A stretch of DNA of 64,000 nt from Mizuhopecten yessoensis (lineage: Eukaryota). How positions within the stretch are numbered: position 1 is the stretch's first letter; each line of letters starts with the position of its first letter. Location: positions 1,113,144-1,177,143 of the forward strand of contig NW_018408922.1 of the NCBI RefSeq assembly GCF_002113885.1, given 5' to 3'. A program made the position numbers and the translations under genes. Below, in pieces: positions 13,300-26,131 of this stretch. The notes under the pieces are model-generated. The model saw nothing but the letters and a program-made list of their open reading frames with translations. It did not search any database and was not told the origin of the DNA.

Positions 13300-15222
13300 A
13301 TAAAAATACTTTCAAATTCAATTTGTTTGTGCTCTGGCTTTATACATTTTTTTTTTATATATTTAGCTTTTGAACCGAAAGTTTGATACCACTTGTTAAT
13401 TTACATATCTCCTGGAGTCAAATGAGCAATGTAACATGTAACTTTAAATATGTATGTTTCAGGAGAAAAAGTCAATTTATCCGGTTGCTCAAGTTTTGTA
13501 GTGAAAACAGTACGGCATGCAATGATGGCTGTGGCTATTCATCAAATCGCCTTATTTATATGATCCGGGTATGCTCTATCCATTTTTCTAGAAATACCCG
13601 ACAACATTCTAGGTATTTGACATAACAAATACTTAACCGGATTATCTGTCGCGAGATCCGGCTTGGCTTGGCTTGATCTTTATTTCAAGGTTGACTATTG
13701 TGATATTGAAAAGAAGAGACCAGTTCCTTTGACGTATTTCCTGTAACAACCTGACATGTTCATTCTCAGAATCGTCTCAACTTTTGTACATGTATGATAT
13801 ATATTAGTTAAATAGCATTCAGTAAACTGACATTAAGCTGATTCTTAGTAGCCTGTGAAGCTTCAAGATGAACTCCGGTGAACACCCCCTCATTGATTTT
13901 TACTTGAACATTAAATCTTTCATTAAATTGTAATATGATACTATCTGCAAAACGTGTTATGAAGGTTATGATTTCATTTCATTTTTGTTATTCATAATAT
14001 AAAGATACTTTTAAATTCAATTTTTTTGTACTCTGGCTTTATACATATTTTTTTATATTTGGCGTTTGAACCGAAAGTTTGATACCGTTTGTTAATTTAC
14101 ATATCTCCTGGAGTCAAATGAGCAATGTAACATGTAACGTTAAATATAAAGGGTTTTTTTCAGGAGAAAAAGTCAATTTACCCGGTTGCTCAAGTTTTGA
14201 AGTGAAAACAGTATGTCATACAATGATCGCTGTGGCTATTCATCAAATCACCTATTTATATGATCCGGGTATGCTCTATCCATTTTTTCTAGAAATACCC
14301 GACGACATTCTAGGTATTTGACATAACAAATACTCAACCGGATTATCTGTCGCGAGATCCGGCTTGGCTTGGCTTGGCTTGATCTTTATTTCAAGGTTGA
14401 CTATTGTGATATTGAAAAGAACTAGTTATAATAGACCGGTTCCTTTGACGTATTTCCTGTAACAACCTGACATGTTCATTCTCAGAATCGTCTCAACTTT
14501 TGTGCATGTATGATATATATTAGTTAAATAGCATTCAGTAAACTGACATTAAGCTGATTCTTAGTAGCCTGTGAAGCTTCTAGATGAACTCCGGTGAACA
14601 CCCCCTCATTGATTTTTACTTGAACATTAAATCTTTCATTAAATTGTAATATGATACTATCTGCAAAACGTGTTATGAAGGTTATGATTTCATTTCATTT
14701 TTGTTATTCATAATATAAAGATACTTTCAAATTCATTTTTTTTGTACTCTGGCTTTATACATATTTTTATATATTTGGCGTTTGAACCGAAAGTTTGATA
14801 CCACTTGTTAATTTACATATCTCCTGGAGTCAAATGAGCAATGTAACATGTAACGTTAATTATAAAGGGGTTTTTTTCAAGAGAAAAAGTCAATTTACCC
14901 GGTTGCTCAAGTTTTGTAGTGAAAACAGTATGTTATACAATGATCGCTGTGGCTATTCATCAAATCACTTATTTATATGATCCGGGTATGCTCTATCCAT
15001 TTTTTTCTAGAAATACCCGACAACATTCTAGGTATTTGACATAAAAAATACTCAACCGGAATATCTGTCGCGAGATCCTGCTTGGCTTGGCTTGGCTTGA
15101 TCTTTATTTCAAGGTTGACTATTGTGATATTGAAAAGAACTAGTTATAATAGACCGGTTCCTTTGACGTATTTCCTGTAACAACCTGACATGTTCATTCT
15201 CGGAATCGTCTCAACTTTTGTG
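13300..15222. repeat. ~700-bp tandem triplication (2.7 copies; periods 696 and 716 bp) immediately upstream of paralog B
   Basis: Homologous positions at 13383, 14079 and 14795. The third copy ends at 15222, about 110 bp before the ATG at 15330. Confidence 0.95.
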
Positions 15223-15329
15223 AGAAATGCAATGGTTGTTTATCGGTATGTGCTATTTTTGGGTATAATTCATAAATACCTCACGTACATAAATGCTCTC
15301 CGAATGCTATATAAGCTCTGACCAGGATA

Positions 15330-17066
15330 ATGGTTTGTATAATGCACTTGTACACCATGGAGGATAAGGATAATACGCCTGTGACGGCAGATGAAAGAGA
15401 ACAACCAAATATACCATGCAGTCAGAAGATTCGTGAAGACCAGCGACCTCAATGGAACGCTGGACAGGGGTGGAATTTGCTTAATATACAACCTTTGTAT
15501 GTTTTGATAACAATAGTCATTGCTTTACTGTCCGCTATCGTGGTAGCAACAGTTACATATACCGACACATCGTCAAAAAAGCAGTTGGCAACACGAAATG
15601 CACTGAGCGTGTCCTTTAAAGCAACACTCGTCATACCGAGCCCGAACAGTAAGGGCAGGGTTAAAACTTTTCTCGATGTTGAATGGAACGCTGAATACAA
15701 GAATATCAGTTTTCAAAAAACGTCTGAATATCGTCAAAGCCATCAGAATAGCGTAAAGGAATTTTCAACAAGAGTCATCATTGCAGATAACAAAGCCGCT
15801 ATGGGGATGTTACATAAAGACGAAAAACACTTTCACTGTTTTCAGCACGTTAAGCACTCGCTGTGGCTAAGTGTTTTTCAGTTAATATTGACAACTCCTT
15901 CATCGTTTGATTCGGTTAACAAGGAAAGCGGCTCTAGCGGGACAAGCTACAGGTGGAACGGTTCTGAAATATATACACTGCTGGAGTACTTCATAGAAGG
16001 ACCAAGACTGAAATATATAAAATACAATGGTGCACAGGCAAATGTTACTGACTGGAGCATCAGCAAAGAACGAACCATATTTGTACCAGACAATACAGAA
16101 AACGGGCCTTGCGAAGAATTTCGACCATCAACGTCGCCGGTCTATCAAGATTTCATGTTTTCTGACCACAGCAGTTCTGTTGAAAAATACAAAGTCGAAA
16201 AGAAGGAAAAAATGAAAGAATCAAAAACGTGTTTGTTCATACACGGAGCCGGAGAGATCCCAAGTGGTGACTGGAACCTTACTAGCCTTCCAAGCTACTG
16301 GGGCGATATAAAACAGTACACGCCGGACTGTGCCTTCCATCGATTCATCCATTACGACAGCGTTCACAACGCCTGGGATGATGAAAAGTTACAAGAAAGG
16401 ATATGTGATTTTGCAGCTACAAATGGCATCATTCAGGACAAGGTGATATTCACTCATTCTATGGGAAACTTAGTTCTTGCTGCCGCTCTGCATATGAAGA
16501 AATGTGAGTTTGATAAATCAAATAGTCGTTGGTATTCTATACAGGGGCCATGGAAAGGCAGCCGGGAAGCTGATAAACTAATTCAGATATGCAAATCAAA
16601 GAAAGAGTTCGACGAAATACTACGATTTATTTTGCACGAACTACATTATAACAATTACTGCAATAGCACGACCCTTCAGGCAATGCCGGCTTACCAATCT
16701 CTGACAAGCACATATATGAAATCGAATAAAATCGATTTTGCTTGTTTGACTCAAATAGCGAATTCGTTTATATCAGGCGTGATGTGTGGTACTAGTGCAC
16801 TAGGACTGTGGCGGCAAGATGAATTCCATGCTGTTGCCCTAATGGTTATACAAAACTTTGCAGGACTTGAAGAACCAAACGATGGTATGGTGGCTTTTGA
16901 GAGCTGTTCTATAAAAGGCGAATTTGATAATGACTGGAAAAATAAATTCTACAAGGGGGATTTTAATCACGAACAGGGCACTTGTCGGTTCGGAAAGGTC
17001 AGTGATTCGTTTCGCAATTCACATAAATATCCCAATCCATGTATGTGGTTTTCTGAGATGCACTAA
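15330..17066 (+). CDS. Paralog B: intact single-coding-exon type II membrane protein with C-terminal alpha/beta-hydrolase (lipase-like), 578 aa
   Basis: Uninterrupted ORF. TM LYVLITIVIALLSAIVVATVTY; CLFIHGAG (oxyanion region), YWG, FTHSMGN (Ser codon 16458-16460), GPWKGS, GVMCG, NDGMV, FNH, terminal PCMWF. AATAAA overlaps the stop and recurs near 17316. The true start may be a downstream Met. Confidence 0.92.
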   Translation: MVCIMHLYTMEDKDNTPVTADEREQPNIPCSQKIREDQRPQWNAGQGWNLLNIQPLYVLITIVIALLSAIVVATVTYTDTSSKKQLATRNALSVSFKATLVIPSPNSKGRVKTFLDVEWNAEYKNISFQKTSEYRQSHQNSVKEFSTRVIIADNKAAMGMLHKDEKHFHCFQHVKHSLWLSVFQLILTTPSSFDSVNKESGSSGTSYRWNGSEIYTLLEYFIEGPRLKYIKYNGAQANVTDWSISKERTIFVPDNTENGPCEEFRPSTSPVYQDFMFSDHSSSVEKYKVEKKEKMKESKTCLFIHGAGEIPSGDWNLTSLPSYWGDIKQYTPDCAFHRFIHYDSVHNAWDDEKLQERICDFAATNGIIQDKVIFTHSMGNLVLAAALHMKKCEFDKSNSRWYSIQGPWKGSREADKLIQICKSKKEFDEILRFILHELHYNNYCNSTTLQAMPAYQSLTSTYMKSNKIDFACLTQIANSFISGVMCGTSALGLWRQDEFHAVALMVIQNFAGLEEPNDGMVAFESCSIKGEFDNDWKNKFYKGDFNHEQGTCRFGKVSDSFRNSHKYPNPCMWFSEMH

Positions 17067-17919
17067 TAAAGTTCGAATCTTGAAAATGAAATCTGAAAAT
17101 GTCATGAAATACCAATATTATGTTCATGTTCAAAATTGCATTTCAAACTTATTCAGGATTGAAAAAAATGTGACAAGTCATGATTTTCTTGACGCCAAAA
17201 CGCGTCAATGCTTTTTTAAATTTCTAAATAAACATGCAACTACGGTGACTCTTTTCGAAACTGTAACATTACATTCGGGTTAATATACGTGTACATTGTC
17301 TGACATGTCGTATGAATAAATACAAAGATATTCTCATTTATTCATAAGCTATGAATTCTGACAATACCAATTATGTTTATAACTATGAAATCATATATCT
17401 GGGCAGTGAATATGACGTCATTACAATGATGTATAATATTATGATAGCATTGGCTCTACTTTCTGTTGCTATTTCCATGCATTACGATGCCAATACAAAC
17501 AATAACTTGTATATTTTGTCTTTGAAAAGTATGTTAAAAATATTGTAGATTGAAGACATCAATATAAAACTTGGCGAGACACATTATCACATCCACGGGC
17601 CTCATGTGGAACAATATTTGCTAAACGCTTTCATTTGATTTGAACATAAATTGTAATTAAAAACTAATTTTGAGAGCTTTCTAAAGTAGTCTGCTTAAAA
17701 GATATCTTTTAACAACAGTTTTATAAGTATGTTTTTTTTGTGTGAACATTTTATATCCAGGACAAACTTTTTCAGCGTTTTGGTATGTTTTAGTTATATT
17801 TTCGCGTTTTTGTGTTTTTAACTAACGTCTGTCTTTTATGATTAAATCTTTACTGCAGTTATAATTATTGTGTTGTTTAATTATTTATATTTTGACTATG
17901 TCCAGTATAATTTGAACAT

Positions 17920-18223
17920 GGCACGGTAGTCTAGTGGTAGGACGCCGGGCTCGTGACAGAAGGGTTGCGAGTTCGAGTCACGGCACAGCACGGCACTGTG
18001 TTGTTCCAGTCTACTCAACTGTAAATGAGTATGTGGTTGGGCATTGCTAGAATTGTAGAATGCTGTGAGCGCCGAAATGGCAGCACCGGCTGAATGCTCC
18101 CCAGGGAGTTGAGAAAGAAATTGGCTATAACCACGGATAATAATTTGTGAACCGCTTTGAGACGACCTACAAACAAGGTTGTGATAAAGCGGTATATAAG
18201 AACCTCGAATTATTATTATTATT
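17920..18223 (+). mobile_element. tRNA-derived SINE with central conserved domain and L2-like tail
   Basis: A box TAGTCTAGTGG and B box GAGTTCGAGTC in a tRNA-like head. Central TGCTCCCCAGGGAGTTGAG motif (Deu/Nin-type from memory). Tail GTGAACCGCTTTGAG...AAGCGGTATATAAG followed by (ATT)n. Confidence 0.85.
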
Positions 18224-18966
18224 GTGTATTGTGTATTGAAATACTCTTTACGTGTAAACTGATACTTATGTTCTCTATCATACACGCAACCCTGGCTCAA
18301 TACTTATTCAGGTGACATCAATGTATCTGAATACTTATATGTTAATCTTTGTATATATTAATCTTTGTATATATTATATTTGTAATGATATGGTACACCT
18401 GTACCAAGAATTCAGTTGAATATTTGTATATGTACATTGACATTGATGCTGCATACATCAACATTATTGTAAACACATGTACTCTTGGCTGGAGATCTAT
18501 AACGCTACGCTGAATAAATATTGAATGGAATTGATTTTGTTTTAATTATTTTTGTGTGTGAATATTTTATACCCAGGAGAAATTTATTCATCTGTTTCTT
18601 ATGGGTTTGTTATGTTTCGAATTTAAAATGAACAACACTTAATCCGAGCACGTACATATGGCATCATTTGACGCTATGGGAAAGATAAAGTTTCGCGGCA
18701 ATCATTGATCATGTTTACAGTGCCTTAGATAATATCAAACAAGACTAACATGTGTTTCCCGAGATACATTATAACATAGGCGGCCCACATGTGGTGCAAA
18801 CAAATGTTTACACTTCCGGAACAACTGTATTTGATTGTATTGATAAGTTTATATTTTTTATTTTTTATTTTTTGTAAGTGCTTTTTTACATATACAAAAT
18901 ATAGCACGTTCTCTCACACTCACATCTACACGTTTCAAAAAACCTTGTCATCATCCTTCACCTGAT

Positions 18967-18967
<1 letters not shown>

Positions 18968-19037
<70 letters not shown>

Positions 19038-19423
19038 TAATATATGAATATCATCATACACCCTACTCTTACAGCATCGTCATCACATCACTGTCATCAT
19101 CATCGATAGCGACATATTGTCGTTGTCATCATCCTCATTCAACACTATCATCAACTTATGATCATCATCATCATACATCATCATCTTACCTCCTCATCAA
19201 CAATACATCATCATCATCCACACTATATGATTGTCATTATGATCATATACAATCATCTCAAATCCTCATCAATAACATATTGATCAGCAATATGTGATGA
19301 TCATCATTATCGTCATCACTGACTATCATTTATCACCATCATCACCATAATCACCATCATCAACCATGTATGATCATCCTCAACATTATCTTCCATCATC
19401 TTTCATCATCAACAATATAACAT

Positions 19424-19464
<41 letters not shown>

Positions 19465-19465
19465 A
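18968..19465. repeat. (ATC)n microsatellite: perfect tracts at ~18968-19035 and ~19425-19464 with degenerate ATC-rich sequence between
   Basis: Read directly. Confidence 0.95.
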
Positions 19466-20029
19466 TTCTCATCAGATGAACACAAATGCTTATATCTTTT
19501 AATGACATATATACAACAAAATCTTGTAGTTTTTTCACTCTCGCACCACACACTAGTACATCATCAGGGGCGTTTCTAGGATATTTTGAAATGCACTAAA
19601 GTAACGGTTCCTGACTTGGAGCATGTATATTTTATAGTTAAAGTGTCGGGGTTTGACATTTTTTATGCCGAATTCTCTCCATTAATTGTCTATGGTATAT
19701 CAAAATGATTGAATGGATCTTGGGATGATTTTAAGGTCTTTTGACGCTTTGATAACGGAGAAAGACGAAATAGCTGTAAGATGCAGTTTTATTTAATTTG
19801 GCTTGCTATCTCTATTACCAAATTTGAAAGGTACTTGCTCAGTGGAGGATCTGGGGGAGGGGGCTCATCCTGTCGTAAGAATGGTAAAACTTATACCCCG
19901 GCTGCGCTGAGAACTGCAGAAATAGTTTTTGAGAACATTTTTATATCAACAAGCCAAAATATTGCAAGAAGGAGATATCTAGTCTTCAACCGGTTATGAT
20001 ATCTTTGTACAACTATCTCATGATAAAGA

Positions 20030-20300
20030 CCACAGATGCGTACCTAATCTGGTTACTCCAGGTTGCTCCAGGTACCTCCCAAGATGTTCTTACATACCAC
20101 ATCTGGTTGCACCAGGTGAAAAAAGTATAGAAATTATGTCCAATGTTTACTTTTTCAAAGGTTGAGGTCAAAGTATAAAAGTATATGGTTTATAGGTCAC
20201 AGTGAGCTTCTTTCTGTAATTGACACTCCGCCATCCCAAAATATACTTGAATATCAAATCTGGTCACTCAATGTGAAATGGTATAGAAGATATGCCTTGT
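20030..20300. repeat. Degenerate remnant of ~160-bp bivalve satellite/HINE units
   Basis: AGGTCAAAG..AGGTCACAGTGA..GACACTCCGCCATCCCAA..AAATCTGG..GTATAGAA motifs, partially repeated about 170 bp apart. Confidence 0.4.
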
Positions 20301-22459
20301 TTTGATTTGTCTGAAACTCGATGGGATGAAAGATTTACACATAGAACACTGGCAATACATCTAACACATATACTACATGTATTTCAAATCGTCTAGCTGA
20401 ATTGCCTCATTTTATTTTTTATATTTTGTAGTTGTTGTATACCTTACTTCATGGTTCTATCCTTTTAACTACTTCGTGTAACAGCAGCAGGGTTGAACAG
20501 GGGGCATTAATGACTTGCATAAAAATAAAAATAAAATTATAGCAATTTCTCTGTTTAATATATCATTAGGGCATCGCTTGCCTATTATTAATTATTTCTG
20601 ATTGACTTTTTAATAAGAGCATTGTATAGCTAAAAATAGCAATTAAATATTTATATATGTTTTTATCTCCCCTATACCATCTGCTATATATGCATTGGGG
20701 GTTTATGCTATGATGAAATGAAATATGCCTTTGTTGCAGAGGTATAAAATTGTTCATTTTCTTAACCTTAAAACGTCAGAAGAAAAAAGAAATCAGCTTT
20801 GCTCTGTCTGACGACACATATAACATAAATTCTATAATTCTTAGAGTGAAACAGTACTTATTCAAAAAGAGCCAATTTCAGAGTTCATATATTCGTTTGA
20901 AAATGAGTGTAGAGAACAAAATTCTTTAAAAAAATAAATACATTAACAATAATACAAACAAAATACACATAATTTAAGTTTTGAACACTGTTGCAAGGGT
21001 TATAGTTTAAGATGCCTTTATATATACCCCCCCCCCCCCCCCCCCCCAACGAAGTTAGGTGTATACTGACTGCCTGCCTGACCATCCACCCACCCGCTTA
21101 CCGAAAAACCAGGCGATTTCAACAAAACTTCACATGTATGATCGGTACATCATGTATTGTTTAGTTGCTAATATTCACGAGGTTATTTAATTTCGCGAAT
21201 TTACGAAATTAAAACCTTCGGTAATATTTTGAGATCTTCGCCATAACGTCCCCGTTTCACACGTCCGTGATATCAGTTGAGCTGAGGCTACTTGGTGAAA
21301 ACATCATTTTGAAGGAAGTACACAAGATGAAAAAAGTTCACTTATGAATAGGCATTAAAAAACAGTAATACACGATAGATGAATCCTTCAGTCTAAGTTT
21401 ATTGTAGACCACAACGAATCTATGTATGCATACTATCAACACCGTAGGCATTAGTAAGTAAGCTTACACATATATACTTAAATAGGACAAGCATAACAAA
21501 GAAATGGGTACAGTTTAAATCCCGGCAATCGAGAAAGCCCTTTTCAGCGTTTCTTTGTCCTGCTAAAGTTTTTATTTTTCGAGGTGGTCCGAAACAGACC
21601 TACAGAAATTGTGATTCGCGAAATTTAACCCAAGAGAATAAGTTCCGGACACAAAATCGCGAAATTTTAATTCCGCAAAATTTAACATACTCACCTGACA
21701 TAAACATTTCGATTTGGACTTTTTTCTAGAGTTATTTCCCTTAGTCTGTCTAGTCATTTATATAATTAAGCTCTGTCCACATTTATCCTCCAAAAATATG
21801 TTCAAAATGAAAAAAATAACACAAAAACACACTTCTGTGGTTGAGCGAGGTCATTGATGCCTATGGTTTGCATTCATAATTTTTTAAAGCTTCCATTTAA
21901 ATTCTTTGGAAAGGTGAAATGTATGATGAAAGTGCTAAATTTGAACTTAATTTGTTATCCCATTATATTTGTTATTTGGCTTACTTTCAACGAAAAACTT
22001 TGATTTAATTTTTTCCACCGAGTAACATAAATATAATATGCTGGAATTGTTTATGAAAATTGTTTGTATCAATTAGATAATTTCTATTTACGAAGCTTTT
22101 CGTTTGAAATCGACATGTTTAATTCGTTTGAATAATTGTCAGATTGACTTATGCATTAACTATGTCCGTCGTATACCTTTTAACTGAATTATATTACGTA
22201 ACAGGATTAACTGTTCTTATCGGGTTGATAGACTGCATTCAGTTTCAGACAAAGGACAGCTAAATTGGCTTACCTGGTTTGGTACGGCCTCGGTATGAAT
22301 GTCACTCAAAAACTAATAACTCTGTTTTTACTTAGCGACATGATTATGTTTGTAGTATCAGTTAGGACCCAGGCCTCGGACTGTACGGGTGTGTGTTTTT
22401 GGATAACCAGAAGTCACTCAACGACCTAGAGAAACTTATTGTAATAACTTACTAATTAT

Positions 22460-25400
22460 TAGGATTACAGCAGTGGTTTCATCTACCACCACAGTTATAT
22501 AGGGCTACACTAGTGAGTAGGATTACAGTAGTGGTTTCATCTACAACCAGTAGTGTTATAGGGCTACACTACTCAGTAGGATTACAGTAGTGGTTTCAAC
22601 TACAACCAGTAGTGTTATAGGGCTACACTATTGGGTAGGATTACAGGAGTGGTTTCATCTACAACCAGCAGTAGTGGTTTCATCTACACCTACAGTGTTA
22701 TAGGACTACACTAGTGAGTAAGATTACAGTAGTGGTTACATTTACACCCACAGTGTTATAGAGCTACACTAGTTAGTAGGATTACAGCGGTGGTTTCATT
22801 TGCACCCACTATTATTATAGGGCTACACGAGTGGGTAGGATTACAGTAGTGGTTTCATCTACACCTACAGTGTTATAGGGCTACACTAGTGAGTAGGATT
22901 ACAGTAGTGGTTTCATCTACCACCACAGTGTTATAGAGCTACACTAGTGAGTAGGATTACAGTAGTGGTTTCATCTAAACCCACAGTGTTATAGGGCTAC
23001 ACTAGTGAGTAGGATTACAGTAGTGGTTTCATCTACACCTACAGTGTTATAGGGCTACACTGGTGAGTAGGATTACAGTAGTGGTTTCATCTACAACCAG
23101 TAGGGTTATAGGGCTACACTATTGGGTAGGATTACAGTAGTTTCATCTACAACCAGTAGTGTTATAGGGCTACACTAGTTGGTAGGATTACAGTAGTGGT
23201 TTCATCTACAACCAGTAGTGTTATAGGGCTACACTAGTTGGTAGGATTACAGTAGTGGTTTCATCTACACCCAGTAGTGTTATAGGGCTACACTACTCAG
23301 TAGGATTACAGTAGTGGTTTCAACTACAACCAGTAGTGTTATAGGGCTACACTAGTTGGTAGGATTACAGTAGTTGTTACATCTACACCCACAGTGTTAT
23401 AGAGCTACACTAGTGAGTAGGCTTACAGTAGTGGTTTCATCTACACCCACAGTGTTATCGGGCTACACTAGTGAGTAAGATTACAGTAGTGGTTACATCT
23501 ACACCCACAGTGTTATAGGGCTACACTAGTGAGCAAGATTACAGTAGTGGTTACATCTACACCCACAGTGTTACAGAGCTACACTAGTGAGTAAGATTAC
23601 AGTAGTGGTTACATCTACACCTACAGTGTTATAGGGCTACACTGGTGAGTAGGATTACAGTAGTGGTTTCATCTACACCTACAGTGTTATAGGGCTACAC
23701 TGGTGAGTAGGATTACAGTAGTGGTTTCATCTACAACAGTGGTGTTATAGGGCTACACTATTGGGTAGGATTACAGTAGTGGTTTCATCTACACCCACAG
23801 TGTTATAGGGCTACACTAGTGGGTAAGATTACAGTAGTTGTTACATCTACCACCACAGTGTTATAGGGCTACACTAGCGAGTAAGATTACAGTAGTTGTT
23901 ACATCTACACCCACAGTGTTATAGGGCTACAATAGTGAGTAGGATTACAGTAGTGGTTTCATCTACAACCAGTAGTGTTATAGGGCTACATTAGTGAGTA
24001 GGATTACAGTAGGGGTTTCATCTACAACCAGTAGTGTTATAGGGCTACATTAGTGAGTAGGATTACAGTAGTGGTTTCATCTACCACCACAGTTATATAG
24101 GGCTACACTAGTGAGTAGGATTACAGTAGTGGTTTCATCTTCACCCACTAGTGTTATAGGGTTACACTTGTGAGTAGGATTACAGTAGTGGTTTCATCTT
24201 CACCCACTAGTGTTATAGGGCTACACTAGTTGGTAGGATTACAGTAGTTGTTACATCTACAACCACAGTGTTATAGGGCTACAATAGTGAGTAGGATTAC
24301 AGTAGTGGTTTCATCTACACCCAGGAGTAGTATAGGGCTACACTAATTAGTAGGATTACAGCGGTGGTTTCATTTGCACCCACTATTATTATAGGGCTAC
24401 ACGAGTGGGTAGGATTACAGTAGTGGTTTCATCTACACCCAGTAGTGTTAAAAGGCTACGCTAGTGGGTAGGATTACAGTAGTGGTTTCATCTACAACCA
24501 GTAGTGTTATAGGGCTACACTATTGGGTAGGATTACAGTAGTGGTTACATTTGTACCCAGTAGTGTTATAGGGCTACACTATTGGGTAGGATTACAGGAG
24601 TGGTTTCATCTACAACCAGTGGTGTTATAGGGCTACACTATTGGGTAGGATTACAGTAGTGGTTTCATCTACACCCAGTAGTGTTAAAAGGCTACGCTAG
24701 TGGGTAGGATTACAGTAGTGGTTTCATCTACAACCAGTAGTGTTATAGAGCTACACTATTGGGTAGGATTACAGTAGTGGGTTCATCTACAACCAGTAGT
24801 GTTATAGGGCTACACTTGTAGGTAAGGTTATAGTAGTGGTTTCATCTACAACCAGTGGTGTTATAGGGCTACACTATTGGGAAGGATTACAGTAGTGGTT
24901 TCATCTACAACCAGTAGTGTTATAGGGCTACACTTGTAGGTAAGATTATAGTAGTGGTTTCATCTACAACCAGTGGTGTTTTAGGGCTACACTATTTGGT
25001 AGGATTACAGTAGTGGTTTCATCTACAACCAGTAGTGTTATAGGGCTACACTAGTCAGTAGGATTACAGTAGTGGTTTCATCTACACCCAGTAGTGCTAT
25101 AGGGCTACACTAGTCAGTAGGATTACAGTAGTGGTTTCATCTACAACCAGTAGTGTTATAGGTCTACACTAGTCAGTAGGATTTCAGTAGTGGTTTCATC
25201 TACAACAGTGGGGTTATAGGGCTACACTATTTGGTAGGATTACAGTAGTCGTTTCATCTACAACCAGTAGAGTTATAGGGCTACACTAGTCAGTAGGATT
25301 TCAGTAGTGGTTTCATCTACCCCCAGTAGTGCTATAGGGCTACACTAGTCAGTGGGATTACAGTAGTGGTTTCAACTACAACCAGTAGTGTTATAGGGCT

Positions 25401-26131
25401 ACACTATTGGGTAGGATTACAGTAGTGTTACATTTGTACCCAGTAGTGTTATAGGGCTGCACTAGTTGGTAGGATTACAGTAGTGGTTTCATACACACCC
25501 AGTAGTGTTAAAGGGCTACACTAGTGGGTAAGATTACAGTAGTGGTTTCATCTACAACTAGTAGTGTTATAGGGCTACACTATTGGGTAGGATTACAGTA
25601 GTGGTTTCATCTACAACAGTGGTGTTATAGGGCTACACTATTGGGTAGGATTACAGTAGTGGTTTCATCTACAACCAGTAGTGTTATAGGGCTGCACTAG
25701 TTGGTAGGATTACAGTAGTGGTTTCATCTACAACCAGTAGTGTTATAGGGCTACACTAGTCAGTAGGATTACAGTAGTGGTTTCATCTACAACCAGTAGT
25801 GTTATAGGGCTACACTAGTCAGTAGGATTACAGTAGTGGTTTCATCTACAACCAGTAGTGTTATAGGGCTACACTAGTCAGTAGGATTACAGTAGTGGTT
25901 TCATCTACAACCAGTAGTGTTATAGGGCTACACTAGTCAGTAGGATTACAGTAGTGGTTTCATCTACAACCAGTAGTGTTATAGGGCTACACTACTCAGT
26001 AGGATTACAGTAGTGGTTTCAACTACAACCAGTAGTGTTATAGGGCTACACTAGTCAGTAGGATTACAGTAGTGGTTTCATCTACAACCAGTAGTGTTAT
26101 AGGGCTACACTACTTGGTAGGATTACAGTAG
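22460..26131. repeat. 58-59-bp minisatellite (TAGGATTACAGTAGTGGTTTCATCTACAACCAGTAGTGTTATAGGGCTACACTAGTCAG), ~62 copies
   Basis: The 59-bp period is evident at 25740-26100, with more diverged 58-bp variants toward the 5' side. Confidence 0.97.

Noticed and set aside
13383-14980. Three similar 61-80-aa ORFs suggesting a small gene family
   Set aside because: TTG starts, frames diverge between copies through indels, and they are simply the ~700-bp tandem units.
15330-17066. Microbial contamination as the source of the intronless hydrolases
   Set aside because: The genes are interleaved with mollusc-type SINEs, HINEs and a C1q gene, and paralogs A, C and D have spliceosomal acceptors just upstream.
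17920-17995. tRNA gene
   Set aside because: A and B boxes are present, but no convincing acceptor stem closes and the sequence continues into a SINE body and (ATT)n tail.
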